From contig CBDFFH010000036.1 in the NCBI GenBank assembly GCA_965246715.1, positions 96,001 through 160,000 on the forward strand: a stretch of DNA of 64,000 nt, given 5' to 3'. Source of the DNA: Chamaesiphon sp. (lineage in GTDB: Bacteria > Cyanobacteriota > Cyanobacteriia > Cyanobacteriales > Chamaesiphonaceae). The position numbers were made by a program, and so were the translations under genes. The notes below the pieces were generated by a model. That model had not been told where the DNA came from and searched no databases. It worked only from the letters and a program-made list of their open reading frames with translations. The first letter of the stretch is position 1. Every line of letters starts with the position of its first letter. Positions 31,194 to 43,418 of this stretch are shown here, piece after piece.

Positions 31194-32818
31194 ATACTAA
31201 TCTATTACTTGCTGCCCAAGCACTGACCGTATTAATTACTCCTTTACCATTTTTTTCGTCTCTTGAATTTCGAGATTGTTCTCCATCAAATGCGATTATC
31301 TCTCCTGCTGTTATTTTACTTATTCCTTTAATCCAATGCAGGAAAGATTTATTGAATTCTTCAGGATTAATTTGTGAAAATACCCGTGCAAATGTATCGT
31401 GAGATGGTATCCCATTCGGTAATTCTAGAAATTCCTCCAGCCATTTTTTTCTGGTGATGCCATACAGCTCTATGTCTTCCCATCCATCTGCTCCACATAC
31501 TACTGCACAAATCGAGATCGTGATAATATCGATTAGTTTGTGTTTTTTCCCCCGTTCAATTCTAATGTCTTTTATGTCACCAAAGTGTTCTGCTATACTA
31601 TGCCTTGGCTTTAGCTTCATTTGACGCGATCTGAATTTCCAATAAATATAACATAATTAACGGGAGCATCCCACTTTTTATTAGTTGTTTGTAGAATAAA
31701 GTATCAAGAACCAGTCATCAGGCTATTCAGCGATCGTACTTATTTTATCTTTGAGAATTTTAAAAAGTGGGATGCTCCCTAATTAACTGGCTATACTTGT
31801 TTACCATTAAAGCTTTCATACTTTTCGTAATTCAAATCTGCAACTGATTTGCGAGGATTTTAAATAGTAGGAAATTTAAGTGCGTTCACCCTGTAGATTA
31901 GTATTAGGACAAACAAAAGTCGAGAGTAAATCAAATGAAATTACTGCATTGCCTGAGTTGATTAATGCCTTAGATCTAGCTGGATGTATAGTGACAATTG
32001 ATGCAATGGGATGTCAGCGAGAAATAGTCAAGAAAATTGTCAAAAAAGAAGCAGATTATGTAATTGCTGTCAAAAAGAATCAACCAAGTTTATATGAAAG
32101 GGTAGAACAGCTATTCAAACAGGCGATTAAAACTCGTGGTGAAAGTCTGAAAACGCATAGCTTCAGCAGTAGAGAGATGAATAGAGGTAGAGAGGAAACT
32201 CGTAATTACCTAATGATATCAGACATTGCAACATCAATAGATCCATTGCTAAAATGGCAAAATCTGACTAGTATTTGCATGGTAGAATCAGTTCGAGTTG
32301 TCAATGAAAAAACCAGCGTAGAAGCTCGTTATTTCATCAGTAGCTTAGAAGATAATGTTGAAAAACTAGCAGAAGCAATCAGAGGTCATTGGTCGATAGA
32401 AAATTCACTCCATTGGGTACTTGATGTTATTTTCAAAGAAGACATTAGTCGAATTAGAAAAGATAATGCTCCAGCTAATTTTGCTGTTTTAAGACATATA
32501 GCAGTTAATATAATGAGTCAGAACAAGAGTCGAAAACTAAGTGTTAGGAAGAAGCGATTTCTTGCGAGCCTTGATGAAGAATATTCGCGCGAACTTCTAG
32601 AGGCTATTTTAGCCTAAATTTAACTAACCCCAGAGTATGAATTTGGCTAAATATCTTTAGCCGCACTTTTGCCGGACTAAATTGAGTTAATTTAACCTCG
32701 TCTTTGGTTTCGATTTTATTGATATTGTCGTAATTGTAGTTAAGCAATCGAATATCATTAATCGCCTATTTTAGTGGCTCTCGATCGAAATAAATCCTGT
32801 TTTGATGCGTTCACCCTG
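31194..32818. mobile_element. ISAs1-family element B, with its 5' half inverted
   Basis: 5' tnp half on minus (31194-31620); end TGCGTTCACCCTG at 31893; 3' tnp half on plus (31894-32617); end at 32818; 11-bp TAGATTAGTAT at both junctions. Confidence 0.85.
31662..31779. mobile_element. 118-bp MITE
   Basis: TIR GGGAGCATCCCACTTTTTA; 8-bp TSD TAATTAAC. Confidence 0.9.
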
Positions 32819-33005
32819 ATAGTCGCTATGACGCGCCACCACCTGACTGGGTGCGAGTTTTTGATGAATGGTTGGCAGAAAGAATTGCCGAAAGCAATTG
32901 GGAAGCTGTATTGAACTATCGAAAAATCGCTCCCCATGCAGAAAAGAATCATCCAACTGACGAACATTTACTACCTTTATTTGTGGCATTAGGTGCGGGA
33001 GCTTG
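32819..33005 (+). pseudogene. Fragment of a DODA/LigB-type extradiol dioxygenase
   Basis: FDEWL...APHA..NHPTDEHLLPLFVALGA. Confidence 0.7.
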
Positions 33006-33355
33006 GAGGGTGACAGCACCGCTGTTACCAAGAAACCCAGCTATTTACAGCCTCCAAACCTTGGTAAAAATTTAGTCGATGCTGTGGTCTATGTAGCAGA
33101 AGCAATCCCATCGATTCGTGAAAATATCGAGAACCCGACTTGCATTCAAGTTTATTTACCATTCATGCGAAAACCTAATCATGAGGCTATTTCCGCGCTT
33201 TTCGATGTGCATAAAAAACAGTGGGTGAAACAGTGGGCGATCGACCAGCCAAACCCACCAAAACAGACCACTATTTTAGGTATATAGATACGAAAAATCG
33301 GCTGTTAGGATGTGTTTGTTTCCTAAAAGCCTTACCAGCCATATGTTGTAACCCA

Positions 33356-33403
33356 AGCCCTCAATGGGATTTGAACCCATGACCTCTTCATTACCAATGA
33401 AGT
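33356..33403 (-). tRNA. 3' half of tRNA-Thr(GGT); partial, probable att site
   Basis: Minus strand ACTTCA-TTGGTAA-TGAAG-AGGTC-ATGGG-TTCAAAT-CCCAT-TGAGGGCT; D-arm and 5' acceptor strand absent. Confidence 0.75.
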
Positions 33404-33847
33404 ATCAGTAGTTGATAAATAGCTTACTCTGTAAGCTTTTCAGGGTGTTTCTAAAAATACGGGGGGTCTAACGGGGGGTTTCAAATCCTTTTTTACCCTG
33501 AAATCTTGCCAAAAAATAGGTACTTATCCAAAGTCAGTAATATTGCACCCACGATCGTAACAGTCAAACCCGTAAAGATATTTCGTTGTGCCAATTCCTT
33601 CTGTGTCTAACCGCTGCCCTCGTTGGCGTAGCCTCTCCCCCAGGAGAATCGCACTCTTGATTCCTCGAATATCTGTATCTGTTGCTTGAGTCATCTTAGC
33701 CTCATAATAGTTCTTGTTTGATTCGATTCTCCCGATCGGGTCGATTCTCGTTCCGAGCAACTGAGCCAACGAACCGACCACGGAGACGCTTTACCTACGG
33801 TAGGCTTCGCCAACGCGAACGCGCTGCTGCAAACAGTCTATCGAATG

Positions 33848-33881
33848 AAATAGCCCTCGCCTTCAATGGTGGGGGCTATTT
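33848..33881. terminator. Stem-loop, possible intrinsic terminator
   Basis: AAATAGCCCTCGCC-loop-GGTGGGGGCTATTT. Confidence 0.4.
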
Positions 33882-34276
33882 CGATTATACGATGTAAATC
33901 AGCCAACATAGGAACGTCATAACGGAGATGTAACGCAGTCCCGATGCTGTAAAGTGTCTTTCGCACGAAGGGGTTTATTTGTGACTTTTTAAGTAACTGA
34001 TGGAGAGATCCATTTTTAACTGCGTTCGCGCTGCGTCGGCTTTACCGAATCGTCAGTCGTATTCAATCCCCTCTACTTTTAGATTTGATGATTTCGATTC
34101 GATTACCTTCGGTAGGCTACGCCAACGGAAAAACATTTATAATTGAGGTTCGTTATTTTTTGGTTCGGTAAGTGGTAAGCACTTGCCCTTTTTTATCAGC
34201 AATAATTAGATCGTTTTGGATCGAACGATCGAGTGAAGATCGATCGTTTAGTTGAATCCTCAGTTTACCTAAATTT

Positions 34277-36223
34277 ATGCGAAATCTGTTGATTGTTGAA
34301 TCTGCTGGCAAAATCAAAAAGCTTAGGAGTATCCTCGGCTCCGACTGGGATGTAAAGGCTTCGATCGGGCATATTCGCCAACTTGCTAACGATGGAGACG
34401 GTGCATTGGGTTTCGATATGAGTGCAGACACGATCGACTGTCGCTATATCCCTCGCGACGATCGCGCCAAACAAACGATCGCGGGACTAATCGCCGCAGC
34501 CAAACAAGCAGATCGAGTATTCATTGCCTCCGATCCAGATCGCGAAGGCGAAGTCATCGGCTGGCATATCGCTCAAGTATTGAAACTCAAACAGCCCCAG
34601 CGAGTGGTCTATCAAGAGATTACCGAATCCGCAGTCAAAAAAGCGATCGCCAGCCCGCGATCGCTCGATATGGCTTTAGTCGAAGCAGGTAGGTGTCGCG
34701 ATTGTTTGGATAAGCTCGTGGGCTACAAAGGCTCGCCCCTGATCTGGCGACTCAACAACGGCGCAAAAAGTGTCGGACGGGTACAGTCCGCTACCCTCCA
34801 CTTAGTTTGCCAATGAGAGCGAGAAATTCAAGTCTTCAAACCTCAATCCAACAAGCTGCTGGAGCGCGATTGAAGTTCAGTCCCGAATATACAATGTCGG
34901 TCGCTCAGAAGCTTTATGAAGCAGGGTTGATTACCTATATGCGGACTGATTCGGTCGAACTCAGTCAGGATTTTTGTAAAGCTGCACGAGAATGGCTACT
35001 CGCTCACGATCGAGATAATGTGCCCACTAAAGTCTCCAAACAAAGGAGTTCCAAAGACGCTCAGGAAGCCCACGAAGCGGTTAGACCGACGGATATAACT
35101 AAAGCATCAAGCGAACTCAAGCAGCAGCTTTCAGAGGATGAATTCGCCCTGTACTTGATAATTTGGATGAGAGCGTTGGCGAAGCCTACCGTAGGTAATC
35201 GCCTCCCAATGCAAACCCGCGCAGATTCGTAAAACCACGATCGTTACCCAGTCTGGAGAGATTCAATGGCAAGCTAGAGGGCAAATGCTGGAATTCGCTG
35301 GCTATGCCAAGTATTGGAAGGATATTAGCGGCGATGCCGTCCTCCCCAGCTTACAGCCCCAGCAATCGCTCACCGCTACTAATGTCAGTCACGAACAAAA
35401 GCAAACCCAACCACCGCCACGTTACAGCGAGCCTAAACTCGTTCAATTGATGGAACGTCGTGGCATCGGTCGTCCTTCGACTTATGCGCCGACAATTGCC
35501 ACGCTCAAGCAACGTAGTTATGTGGAATTGGTGAAGAGTAAAGTGCAACCGACGACTGTAGGTTTGCAAGTGGATGATTTTCTGATGCAAGCTTTACCGG
35601 AGTTGATTCAATCGGAATTTACGGCGGGGATGGAAACCCAACTCGATGCAATCTCTAAGGGTCAGCAAGAATGGCAAAGTTACCTGATTGAATGGAACCG
35701 GAGCTATTTCGCGCCAGCGTTGAATAAAGCTACTAAGAATTTACCAGAGCGAGACTATGGAGCGTTCAAGGGTAAGGAGTTGGAGAAATCACGATTCTCT
35801 TCCAGAGAGGCTTCGCCAACGAAATGTCCGAGTTGTAGCAAACCTATGTCCAAAGTACCGACGAAGAAGGTAAAGAAGGGGTATTTTCTCAAGTGTGAAG
35901 ATGGTTGCAAAGATCCAGAGGGTAAAGGGTTGGTAATGTTTTGGTCGGATCGCTCGAATGAATGGCAAATTCCACAATCTAAAATAGAGCCGTTATCTCC
36001 GGCCAAGCTAACCGAATATCCTTGTCCGGTTTGTCAAAAACCGCTGGAGAAATATAGTTACAGTAAGGATGGACAAGCTAAATCGATGTTGCGGTGTTCG
36101 GATGCGATCGCTAGAACCAAGCCTAAACACAAGGATGTCGCCTATTTTCGCGGGAAGGAGGGGGCGTGGTGGAGTCCGAAATTGGGTAATCTCGGTGCGG
36201 AAGCGGCTAAATCGACGCAATAG
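34277..36223 (+). pseudogene. topA: Type IA DNA topoisomerase, mobile-element type, degraded
   Basis: LLIVES, DPDREGE, GRVQS, ITYMRTD and GIGRPSTY motifs; TGA at 34814, internal deletion near 34845, 22-nt insertion frameshift at 35176. Confidence 0.85.
35176..35197 (+). mobile_element. Representative 22-25-nt twin-hairpin mini-element inserted in CGATCG (about 20 copies; see findings)
   Basis: GCG|TTGGCGAAGCCTACCGTAGGTA|ATCGC; removing it restores the topA frame (RAIASQCKPA). Confidence 0.9.
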
Positions 36224-36299
36224 TACCTTTATTGGGTTCGCCCATATAAATATGTCAGTTAAGTTGTCGTTGGCGAAGCCTCTCTGAAAGAGAATCACA

Positions 36300-37200
36300 T
36301 TATTTTTTCTTAGAGCGATTTTTTCGACGTGCTTGTTTTTGCATCTTCCCCTGAGATTTCTTTTTGGTTGACATTGCTATTTTCTGAGGGGATAGACTTA
36401 AATCACTCGTGCTAAAAGGGCTTCTGGTTGAATCTTTTGGTTTTTTATCTTGAAAACAGTTCCACCATTCTATCTCCGAAATTGTATCGTCGATCGACGA
36501 ATAATGCTTGCGATCGCGCAGTTCATTCAACGATGCCTCTTGTCCGAGGTTGATATAGTAATCGACATCCTCTCGACTGAAAAAGAACTCATCCACCAAA
36601 TCCGCATCGAAAGTTCGATCGATTTGTTGTTTGAGTTCGAGCGGAGCTAGGACGGCACTCTCCATCACTAAATTAGTCCAAATCGAGGAATATTCTCGTT
36701 CGAGTCGGGTTGAAAAAAGTTCCTCAAAATACTTAATAACGACTTCTCGATCGATCGCGCCTCGAAGTACCAAAATAATTAACGAACTGAGCGCAGAACT
36801 TCTCACATATTCATTCGCGTGTCGATTTTCGATGAGTTGCTGGATCGGTTCGATCTTGCCATCACAAACACTAGCAAGAATTCTGCCTAAATCCTCCGTG
36901 ACTAGATCTCCCGTAACATCCATTGATATCTCTCCAGGCACCGAGAAAAACTCGACGATCGGCTGATAAGCTTGAGATTCCCTAAATTGTGCCAGTAAAT
37001 ACATGGCGTAAATATGCAGAAAATAGTTCGGGCGTTCTGACAACTCCTCAAGCTTAGATTTCCATTCCTCTACCGTCGCTAATAATATGGGCGTAATGGC
37101 TATCTGCTCTGCGATCGCTCGCTCTAGAGCTAGGCGAGGGAATGTGCCAGTATAGTTCTCTAATTCAGGGATGATTTCCGTTAATTCCACGATGCCAAGT
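36300..37200 (-). CDS. DUF1186-family protein (start uncertain)
   Basis: FP..AL..AI, YAMYLLAQFRE, GDLVTEDLGRILASV and EYVRS motifs. Confidence 0.7.
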
Positions 37201-37306
37201 TTTTGAATGACTTTAGCTGATTTTCCAGCATTCTTACCTGGATTAGCAAATGTATAATTCAGATTGTTAAGAGCGATCGATAGTCTGTTATTTACCCAAC
37301 CTTGTA

Positions 37307-37916
37307 GTGTCCACTTATCAGACAAACACCCCAGGCGATTCATCAGTTGCACCCCAGGTTTCTCTTACTGGGGTAGTAGAGCGGATTACCTTTCATTCAG
37401 AAGAAAGCGGCTACACCGTCGCACGCCTCCAAGCACCCCGCGCCAGGGAGTTAACTACGATCGTCGGTAACTTCGCTAATATCCAAGCTGGACAAACCCT
37501 GCAACTCCAGGGGACTTGGAAAGAGCATCTTCAATACGGGCAACAATTTCAGGTTATCAAATACAGTGAAACTAAACCCGCCACGCTGACGGGGATTGAA
37601 AAGTATTTGGGCAGCGGTTTGATTAAGGGAGTCGGCCCCGTTACCGCTAAACGGATTGTCGCTCATTTTGCCCTGGGTACTTTAGAAATTATCGAACAAG
37701 ATAGCGAGCGACTAATTGAAGTTCCAGGGATCGGTAAGAAGCGCGTCAAAATGATTCAACGTGCTTGGGTGGAACAGAAGGCGATTAAGGAGGTGATGCT
37801 GTTCCTTCAGACTCATGGGGTTTCGACGACTTATGCGGTGAAAATCTTCAAGCAGTATGGGGATAAATCGATCGATATTGTCACGAATAATCCTTATCAA
37901 TTATCAGAAGATATCT
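37307..37916 (+). pseudogene. recD2: RecD2-type helicase N-terminus, truncated by ISL3
   Basis: GVVERITF, YLGSGLIKGVGP.TA, NPYQL. Confidence 0.85.
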
Positions 37917-39331
37917 GGTTCTACCGAACTTACTATGCTAAATCAAGGATTGAAATGCCATGCTAGCAAACTTCTGATCTGAAAATTCTCAAAATTTCTA
38001 AACCCATATCCCATTCTTTTTATTAGCTTGAGTTTATTGTTAATTCCTTCGACGACTCCTTGAGTTGTTCTATTATCAAAATAGGCAATTATTTCACCAA
38101 TCCATCTTTTAATAGTTCCACAACTCTTGGGGAATTTCCCACAAGCATTCTTGAGCCAGTCACACAAGCTTATTAGCCCATTTCCCCAATCTGTTTTTGA
38201 TTCAAATATATCTCTAAATAACTCTTTTGTTTTGTGCATTGCTGCTAATTCTGGAAAAACGTCTCCAATCTCTTTCAACTTCTCTTTTTGCAATTCATTC
38301 AAATCCGCTTCGTTTTTGAGTATTGCATATTTACTGTGAGTTAATGCTGCTAATTTCTTGTTCTTTTCATCTTTGTTCTTCACCCTCTCAGCCTCTCTTT
38401 TGATTTTAATTCTCTCTCGATCTAACTCTTCATTTATCTGTTTCATTACATGAAATCTGTCTCCAACCACTTCAGCATTTGGTATCAATTCATTTACCAG
38501 ACTTTTGTATGATGAAAATAGATCGATACTTACTTCTGTAATTTGGTTCAAAACCTCCGAACCCCAAGACTTCAAGCACTCACCAATACATTCTTGAGTC
38601 CTTTTTGGTAAGATGGCTATTAACTCTCTTTTTTCTAGATCTACTAACACCGCACAATAGTTTTTTTGCCCTTTAACAAAGGCAATTTCATCAATTCCTA
38701 GTCTGGTTAAATTCTCTGGCTTTTTTTGCACTAGATTTACCCCAGCTTTTTTGATTATTGTCTCCACTTCTTGCTCACTTAATCCATTTCTTTTGGCAAC
38801 ACTTTTAATATCACTAGCTAGACTCTCTTCGACAATCTTCTGCTTCATTCGCTCGGTGAAATGACTTCTCTTTTTGATAAAATTTAATTCCTCACTGAAT
38901 TTTCGACCACAACTCATACACTTGAATTGACGACGATTAATTTTAAGGTAAACATCATGTTCACCGAATGGTAGATCTCTCACTGTTAATTGGTGATTCT
39001 CATGAAGTTTATTACTTTCAGTTCCACAATGAGGACACACTGCTTTTAATTGCTGATTTTCTAGATAAATAAAATAACCGATTTCATCTAAGATCTTATA
39101 AGCAGTGACGGTCATTCCGTCGATATTAAGAATTTCATTAATGGTTTTTAGTTGCGATTTGGATGACATAATGCAATTCAAGCTTATTTGTTGCCAGAAA
39201 TCAAGATCTTACTATTCTATAATAAAATCTGTCATTTATGCTGCACCAAGCTTCCATAACTCAAAATTATCAATTTTGTCAATTAAACTTGATTCTTATC
39301 CACTACTTAGCATAGCAAGTTCGGTAGAGCC
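37917..39331 (-). mobile_element. ISL3-family element (transposase 37943-39181)
   Basis: TIR GG(T/C)TCTACCGAACTT; CPHCG, GIDE, DRFHV and EGINNK.K..KR..YGFRN motifs; no TSD (adjacent deletion). Confidence 0.9.
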
Positions 39332-39369
39332 TAAATATTTAGATCCAGCTATTAATCAGGAGCAAAATT

Positions 39370-40389
39370 ATGACAGATATCATCAGCCGCGAAATTCACC
39401 TAATCTCTCACCCCACCGGAATGCCCACCCCAGCTAATTTTAGTCTCGTACAGGCCAAACTAGAGCCGCTCCAAGACGGACAGGTGCTAGTTCGCAATCT
39501 CTACATATCAGTAGATCCCTACATGCGCGGGCGAATGAACGGCGGGAAATCCTACGTGCCACCATTTGAGTTGGGTAAACCGATGACTGGCGGTGCAGTC
39601 GGCGAGGTAATTGAATCCCGCGTCGAGGAATTCAAGCCAGGTGATGCCGTCACCTCCAACTTTGGCTGGCGAGAATACTTTATGGCTACACCGCAACAAC
39701 TGCACCCAGTCAGCCGTGAGATCGAACCGTCGATTTACCTTGGTGCCCTCGGCATCACAGGTTTGACGGCTTGGGCGGGATTGAATTTAGTCGAGGTCAA
39801 AGCTGGGGATATTATTTTTATTTCGGGAGCTGCTGGCGCGGTGGGAAATATGGCTGGGCAACTGGCGAAACTGCGCGGTTGCGAGGTGATTGGCTCGGCG
39901 GGTTCGCCTGAGAAAGTCGAATTTTTGGTGAAAGATTGCGGATTTGATGTCGCCTTCGATTATAAACATGACCCGCTCATTCCGACGATCTCGCTCGCCG
40001 AACGATTGCACCTAGCCGCCCTCAACGGGATTGATGTCTATTTCGATAATGTCGGTGGTGAAATGCTCGAAGCTGCACTCTCAACATTGCGGGTACATGG
40101 ACGGATTATCGCCTGTGGCGGCATCTCTGGTTACAACGCTGAAAAACCCCAGCCTGGGCCGAGCAATTTATTTAATATCACTACTAAACGATTGACGATG
40201 AAAGGGCTAATTGTTAGCGATTGGCTGGGTCATCAGGCCGAATTTGAAGGGGAAGTCGGCAGTTATTTTCGGGCTGGCAAGTTGAAAAATAAGCAAACAG
40301 TTGTGGTGGGAATCGACAAAGCCGTGAGCGCATTTCTCGGTCTATTCAAAGGAGAAAACATCGGCAAGATGGTCGTGAAATTAGAGTAG
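39370..40389 (+). CDS. NADP-dependent MDR oxidoreductase (CurA/PTGR-like)
   Basis: SVDPYMRGRM, SGAAGAVG and YFDNVGG motifs. Confidence 0.9.
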   Translation: MTDIISREIHLISHPTGMPTPANFSLVQAKLEPLQDGQVLVRNLYISVDPYMRGRMNGGKSYVPPFELGKPMTGGAVGEVIESRVEEFKPGDAVTSNFGWREYFMATPQQLHPVSREIEPSIYLGALGITGLTAWAGLNLVEVKAGDIIFISGAAGAVGNMAGQLAKLRGCEVIGSAGSPEKVEFLVKDCGFDVAFDYKHDPLIPTISLAERLHLAALNGIDVYFDNVGGEMLEAALSTLRVHGRIIACGGISGYNAEKPQPGPSNLFNITTKRLTMKGLIVSDWLGHQAEFEGEVGSYFRAGKLKNKQTVVVGIDKAVSAFLGLFKGENIGKMVVKLE

Positions 40390-40448
40390 AGCGCAGCCAA
40401 TCGAGTTAGAACTTTAGAACACTCATACATTATTTGGTTCGAGAAAGT

Positions 40449-41243
40449 ATGGATCTCAAACTATCAGGCAAGGTGGCATTGGTTAGTGGTTCAACAGGCG
40501 GAATTGGACTGGCGATCGCCACCACATTAGCTCAAGAAGGAGCAACAACGATTGTCAACGGGAGAACACAAGAGCGCGTAAACGCCGCGCTCGACCAAAT
40601 CAAGCAAAGTGTCCCAAATGTCAATCTTCAGGGCATTGCTGCCGATCTGGGCACACTAGCCGGAGTTGAATCAATGATTCAACAGGTGCCAAAAGTCGAT
40701 ATTTTAGTGAATAATTTGGGAATTTCTAGTTCTCAAGCTTTTGCAGATATCTCTGATGAAACATGGCTGCATATTCTAGACGTGAATGTGATGAGCGGTA
40801 TTCGGCTCTCTCGCCATTATTTGCCGCCGATGCTGAAGCAAGATTGGGGACGAATTATTTTCATCTCTAGTGAATCTGCCTTAAATATTCCCGCCGACAT
40901 GATTCACTACGGCGTGACCAAAATGGCACAATTGGCGTTGAGTCGGGGTTTGGCGGAAACAACTGTGAGTAGCAAGGTTACTGTCAATGCAGTGTTGCCA
41001 GGGCCAACTCGTTCCGAAGGCATGGAAGAGTTCATTCAGGGAGCATCGAAGGAACAAAATATTTCACCAGCACAAGTTGAGAAAGAGTTTTTTACCAAGA
41101 TGCGTCCATCTTCGCTGATTCAGCGATTTGCTGCAACGTCTGAAGTTGCTGTATTGGTTGCGTTTGTTGCCAGTCCTTTAGCTTCTGCGATTAACGGTGC
41201 TGCTCTACGAGTGGAGGGTGGAGTAGTGAGATCGATTATTTAA
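40449..41243 (+). CDS. SDR oxidoreductase
   Basis: SGSTGGIG, LVNNLG and YGVTK motifs. Confidence 0.9.
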   Translation: MDLKLSGKVALVSGSTGGIGLAIATTLAQEGATTIVNGRTQERVNAALDQIKQSVPNVNLQGIAADLGTLAGVESMIQQVPKVDILVNNLGISSSQAFADISDETWLHILDVNVMSGIRLSRHYLPPMLKQDWGRIIFISSESALNIPADMIHYGVTKMAQLALSRGLAETTVSSKVTVNAVLPGPTRSEGMEEFIQGASKEQNISPAQVEKEFFTKMRPSSLIQRFAATSEVAVLVAFVASPLASAINGAALRVEGGVVRSII

Positions 41244-41319
41244 AGAATTCACTGCGTTGGCGTAACCTACCGGAGGTAATCGCCGATTCAACAAATCACT
41301 TAAAACTTAGGAAAAACAA

Positions 41320-42003
41320 ATGATTGATACCTTAGACAAAACCGATACAGAATTACAAGATGATGTCCTATCCGAACTCAGCTACGAGCCAAGCATAAAC
41401 GTCATAGATATCGGTGTGTTGGTGAAAGATGGCACAGTGACACTCAATGGTTATGCCACCAGTTATATCGAGAAATGGGCAGCCGTAAATGCAGTTAAAC
41501 GGATAAATGGAGTCAAGGCAATTATCGACGAGATTGAAGTCAACATCCCCGATGCTTATTACCGCACAGATGAAGACATTGCCGCAGCCGCAGCCGACGG
41601 AATTGACTGGTCTACCACAATTCCGCCAGGAACCCTTGATGTAATAGTTATTGACGGCTGGGTATCACTAGCGGGGGAAGTGGAGTGGTGGTACCAACAG
41701 AATGCTGCTGTAAATCTCGTGCAACAAATGATGGGTGTCACAGGAGTATCTAATCAGATCTCCATCAAACCCAAAGCGACAAAAATGGCAATTGAAAAAG
41801 ACATTAACTCGGCACTTAAACGCAGTGCGATCGTGGATGTCGATCGGATTCAAGTGGAGAGTGAGCATAACAAAGTGGTGCTGCGTGGTGATGTTCGCAG
41901 CTTTGCCGCACGGGACGAAGCCGAACGCATTGCCTGGTCGGAACCAGGCGTGTATTCGGTGGACAATCATCTCGGCGTTAATTGGTCTTCGATCGTGGAA
42001 TAA
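41320..42003 (+). CDS. Triple BON-domain protein
   Basis: Three BON repeats (G.VTL.G...AV..I.GV..I). Confidence 0.85.
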   Translation: MIDTLDKTDTELQDDVLSELSYEPSINVIDIGVLVKDGTVTLNGYATSYIEKWAAVNAVKRINGVKAIIDEIEVNIPDAYYRTDEDIAAAAADGIDWSTTIPPGTLDVIVIDGWVSLAGEVEWWYQQNAAVNLVQQMMGVTGVSNQISIKPKATKMAIEKDINSALKRSAIVDVDRIQVESEHNKVVLRGDVRSFAARDEAERIAWSEPGVYSVDNHLGVNWSSIVE

Positions 42004-42085
42004 CGAGCGATTCAGGATAAGGAGAGTCTAAAGACTCAAATCGTTGGCGGTGCGATGCGCGTTAAATACAAACAACAGGAGAACC

Positions 42086-42655
42086 ATGACACAAACTAAA
42101 TCAGCATCACCAGTCGCCTATCAGCGCGGATCTACACTCGAATCGACCACACTCTACAAGGGCGGTTTATTTTCCTTCCTAGTTAAGGGGGAGGATTCGG
42201 GGGGTCGCGACGCAATGATTGAGTACCAAGCGAAACCTGGTAACGAGCCACCCCCATATCTGAATCAGTGGGAGCATGAGACGTATTACGTGCTTGAGGG
42301 GGTGATGGAATTCTACTGCGGAGATAGCGAAGTCATGGTGGTAAATGCGGGGGAAATGGTCTTCCTTCCTCAAGGCAAAGCACACGCTTTTTATATCCGT
42401 TCCCCACAAGTCCGAGCCTTAATCTTGGTTCAGGCGGTGGGCGAACACGCGGTTGGACTAGATCGGCATTTGATGGCAATGGGGACACCTGCGACCAGTA
42501 TGGATCTGCCTACGGATACAGTGGGCACCGATGAGTTTGTCGATCCTGGCGATTCCATCCGTGTGGGGACTGCCAACGGTATTCACTTCCTATCTTCGAC
42601 AGACAATACCAAGGAATTACCTCATTACCCAGGCTTTAATAGTTGGGGACGTTAA
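42086..42655 (+). CDS. Cupin-domain protein (quercetinase-like); metal-ligand motif appears degenerate
   Basis: PPPYLNQWEHETYYVLEG...GEMVFLPQGKAHAF. Confidence 0.65.
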   Translation: MTQTKSASPVAYQRGSTLESTTLYKGGLFSFLVKGEDSGGRDAMIEYQAKPGNEPPPYLNQWEHETYYVLEGVMEFYCGDSEVMVVNAGEMVFLPQGKAHAFYIRSPQVRALILVQAVGEHAVGLDRHLMAMGTPATSMDLPTDTVGTDEFVDPGDSIRVGTANGIHFLSSTDNTKELPHYPGFNSWGR

Positions 42656-42730
42656 CTGACATATATCTCCATCAGAGTTTTGGTGAGGTATGACAAGCTG
42701 AAAATGTTTATAAGTTATTAGGAAAAACAA

Positions 42731-43414
42731 ATGATTAATGTCTTAGATAAAACCGATATCGAAATCAAAACTGATGTGCTATCGGAACTCAAATACGATC
42801 CTAGTCTCAATGTTACCGAAATCGGTGTATTAGTCACAGATGGCACCGTCACCCTCACTGGTTATACCACCAGCTTTGATGAGAAATTGGCAGCCGTTCA
42901 TGCTGTAAAACGAGTGGCTGGGGTAGTTGCGATCGCCGACGATATCGAACTACACATCCCTGATGCCAACCACCGCACCGATGGTGAAATTGCCGCCGCT
43001 GCTGCCCACAAAATGGCCTGGGCTACCACAATTCCCACGGGAACCGTTCAAATAACGGTGCGGAACGGTTGGATTATCCTAGAGGGCGAGGTGGAGTGGT
43101 GGTATCAGAAGAATGCAGCGGAAACCGTCATGCGATCGATCGCGGGCGTTCATGGGGTGTCTAGCTCGATTTCAATTAAACCCACAGATAAAATCCCCGC
43201 AGTCGGCATGGATATTGAAGCCGCAATCGATCGCAATGCTATATTAGATGCCAGCAAAATCCGCGTTGAGATTGTTGGGAGCAAGGTCATCCTTCACGGC
43301 ACCGTGCGGACGCTTGCCCAACGCGAGGAAGCCGAGCGCATTGCCTGGGCTGCTCAAGGCGTATTTTCAGTTGAAGATCATCTTGCCGTTAAGTGGCATC
43401 CAAGTGGGGGTTAG
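42731..43414 (+). CDS. Triple BON-domain protein
   Basis: Paralog of 41320-42003. Confidence 0.85.
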   Translation: MINVLDKTDIEIKTDVLSELKYDPSLNVTEIGVLVTDGTVTLTGYTTSFDEKLAAVHAVKRVAGVVAIADDIELHIPDANHRTDGEIAAAAAHKMAWATTIPTGTVQITVRNGWIILEGEVEWWYQKNAAETVMRSIAGVHGVSSSISIKPTDKIPAVGMDIEAAIDRNAILDASKIRVEIVGSKVILHGTVRTLAQREEAERIAWAAQGVFSVEDHLAVKWHPSGG

Positions 43415-43418
43415 CACT

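Noticed and set aside
33356..33403. Functional tRNA gene
   Set aside because: The 5' acceptor strand and D-arm are missing.
37200..37352. 5' extension of the DUF1186 ORF
   Set aside because: Overlaps the divergent recD2 start and looks non-coding.
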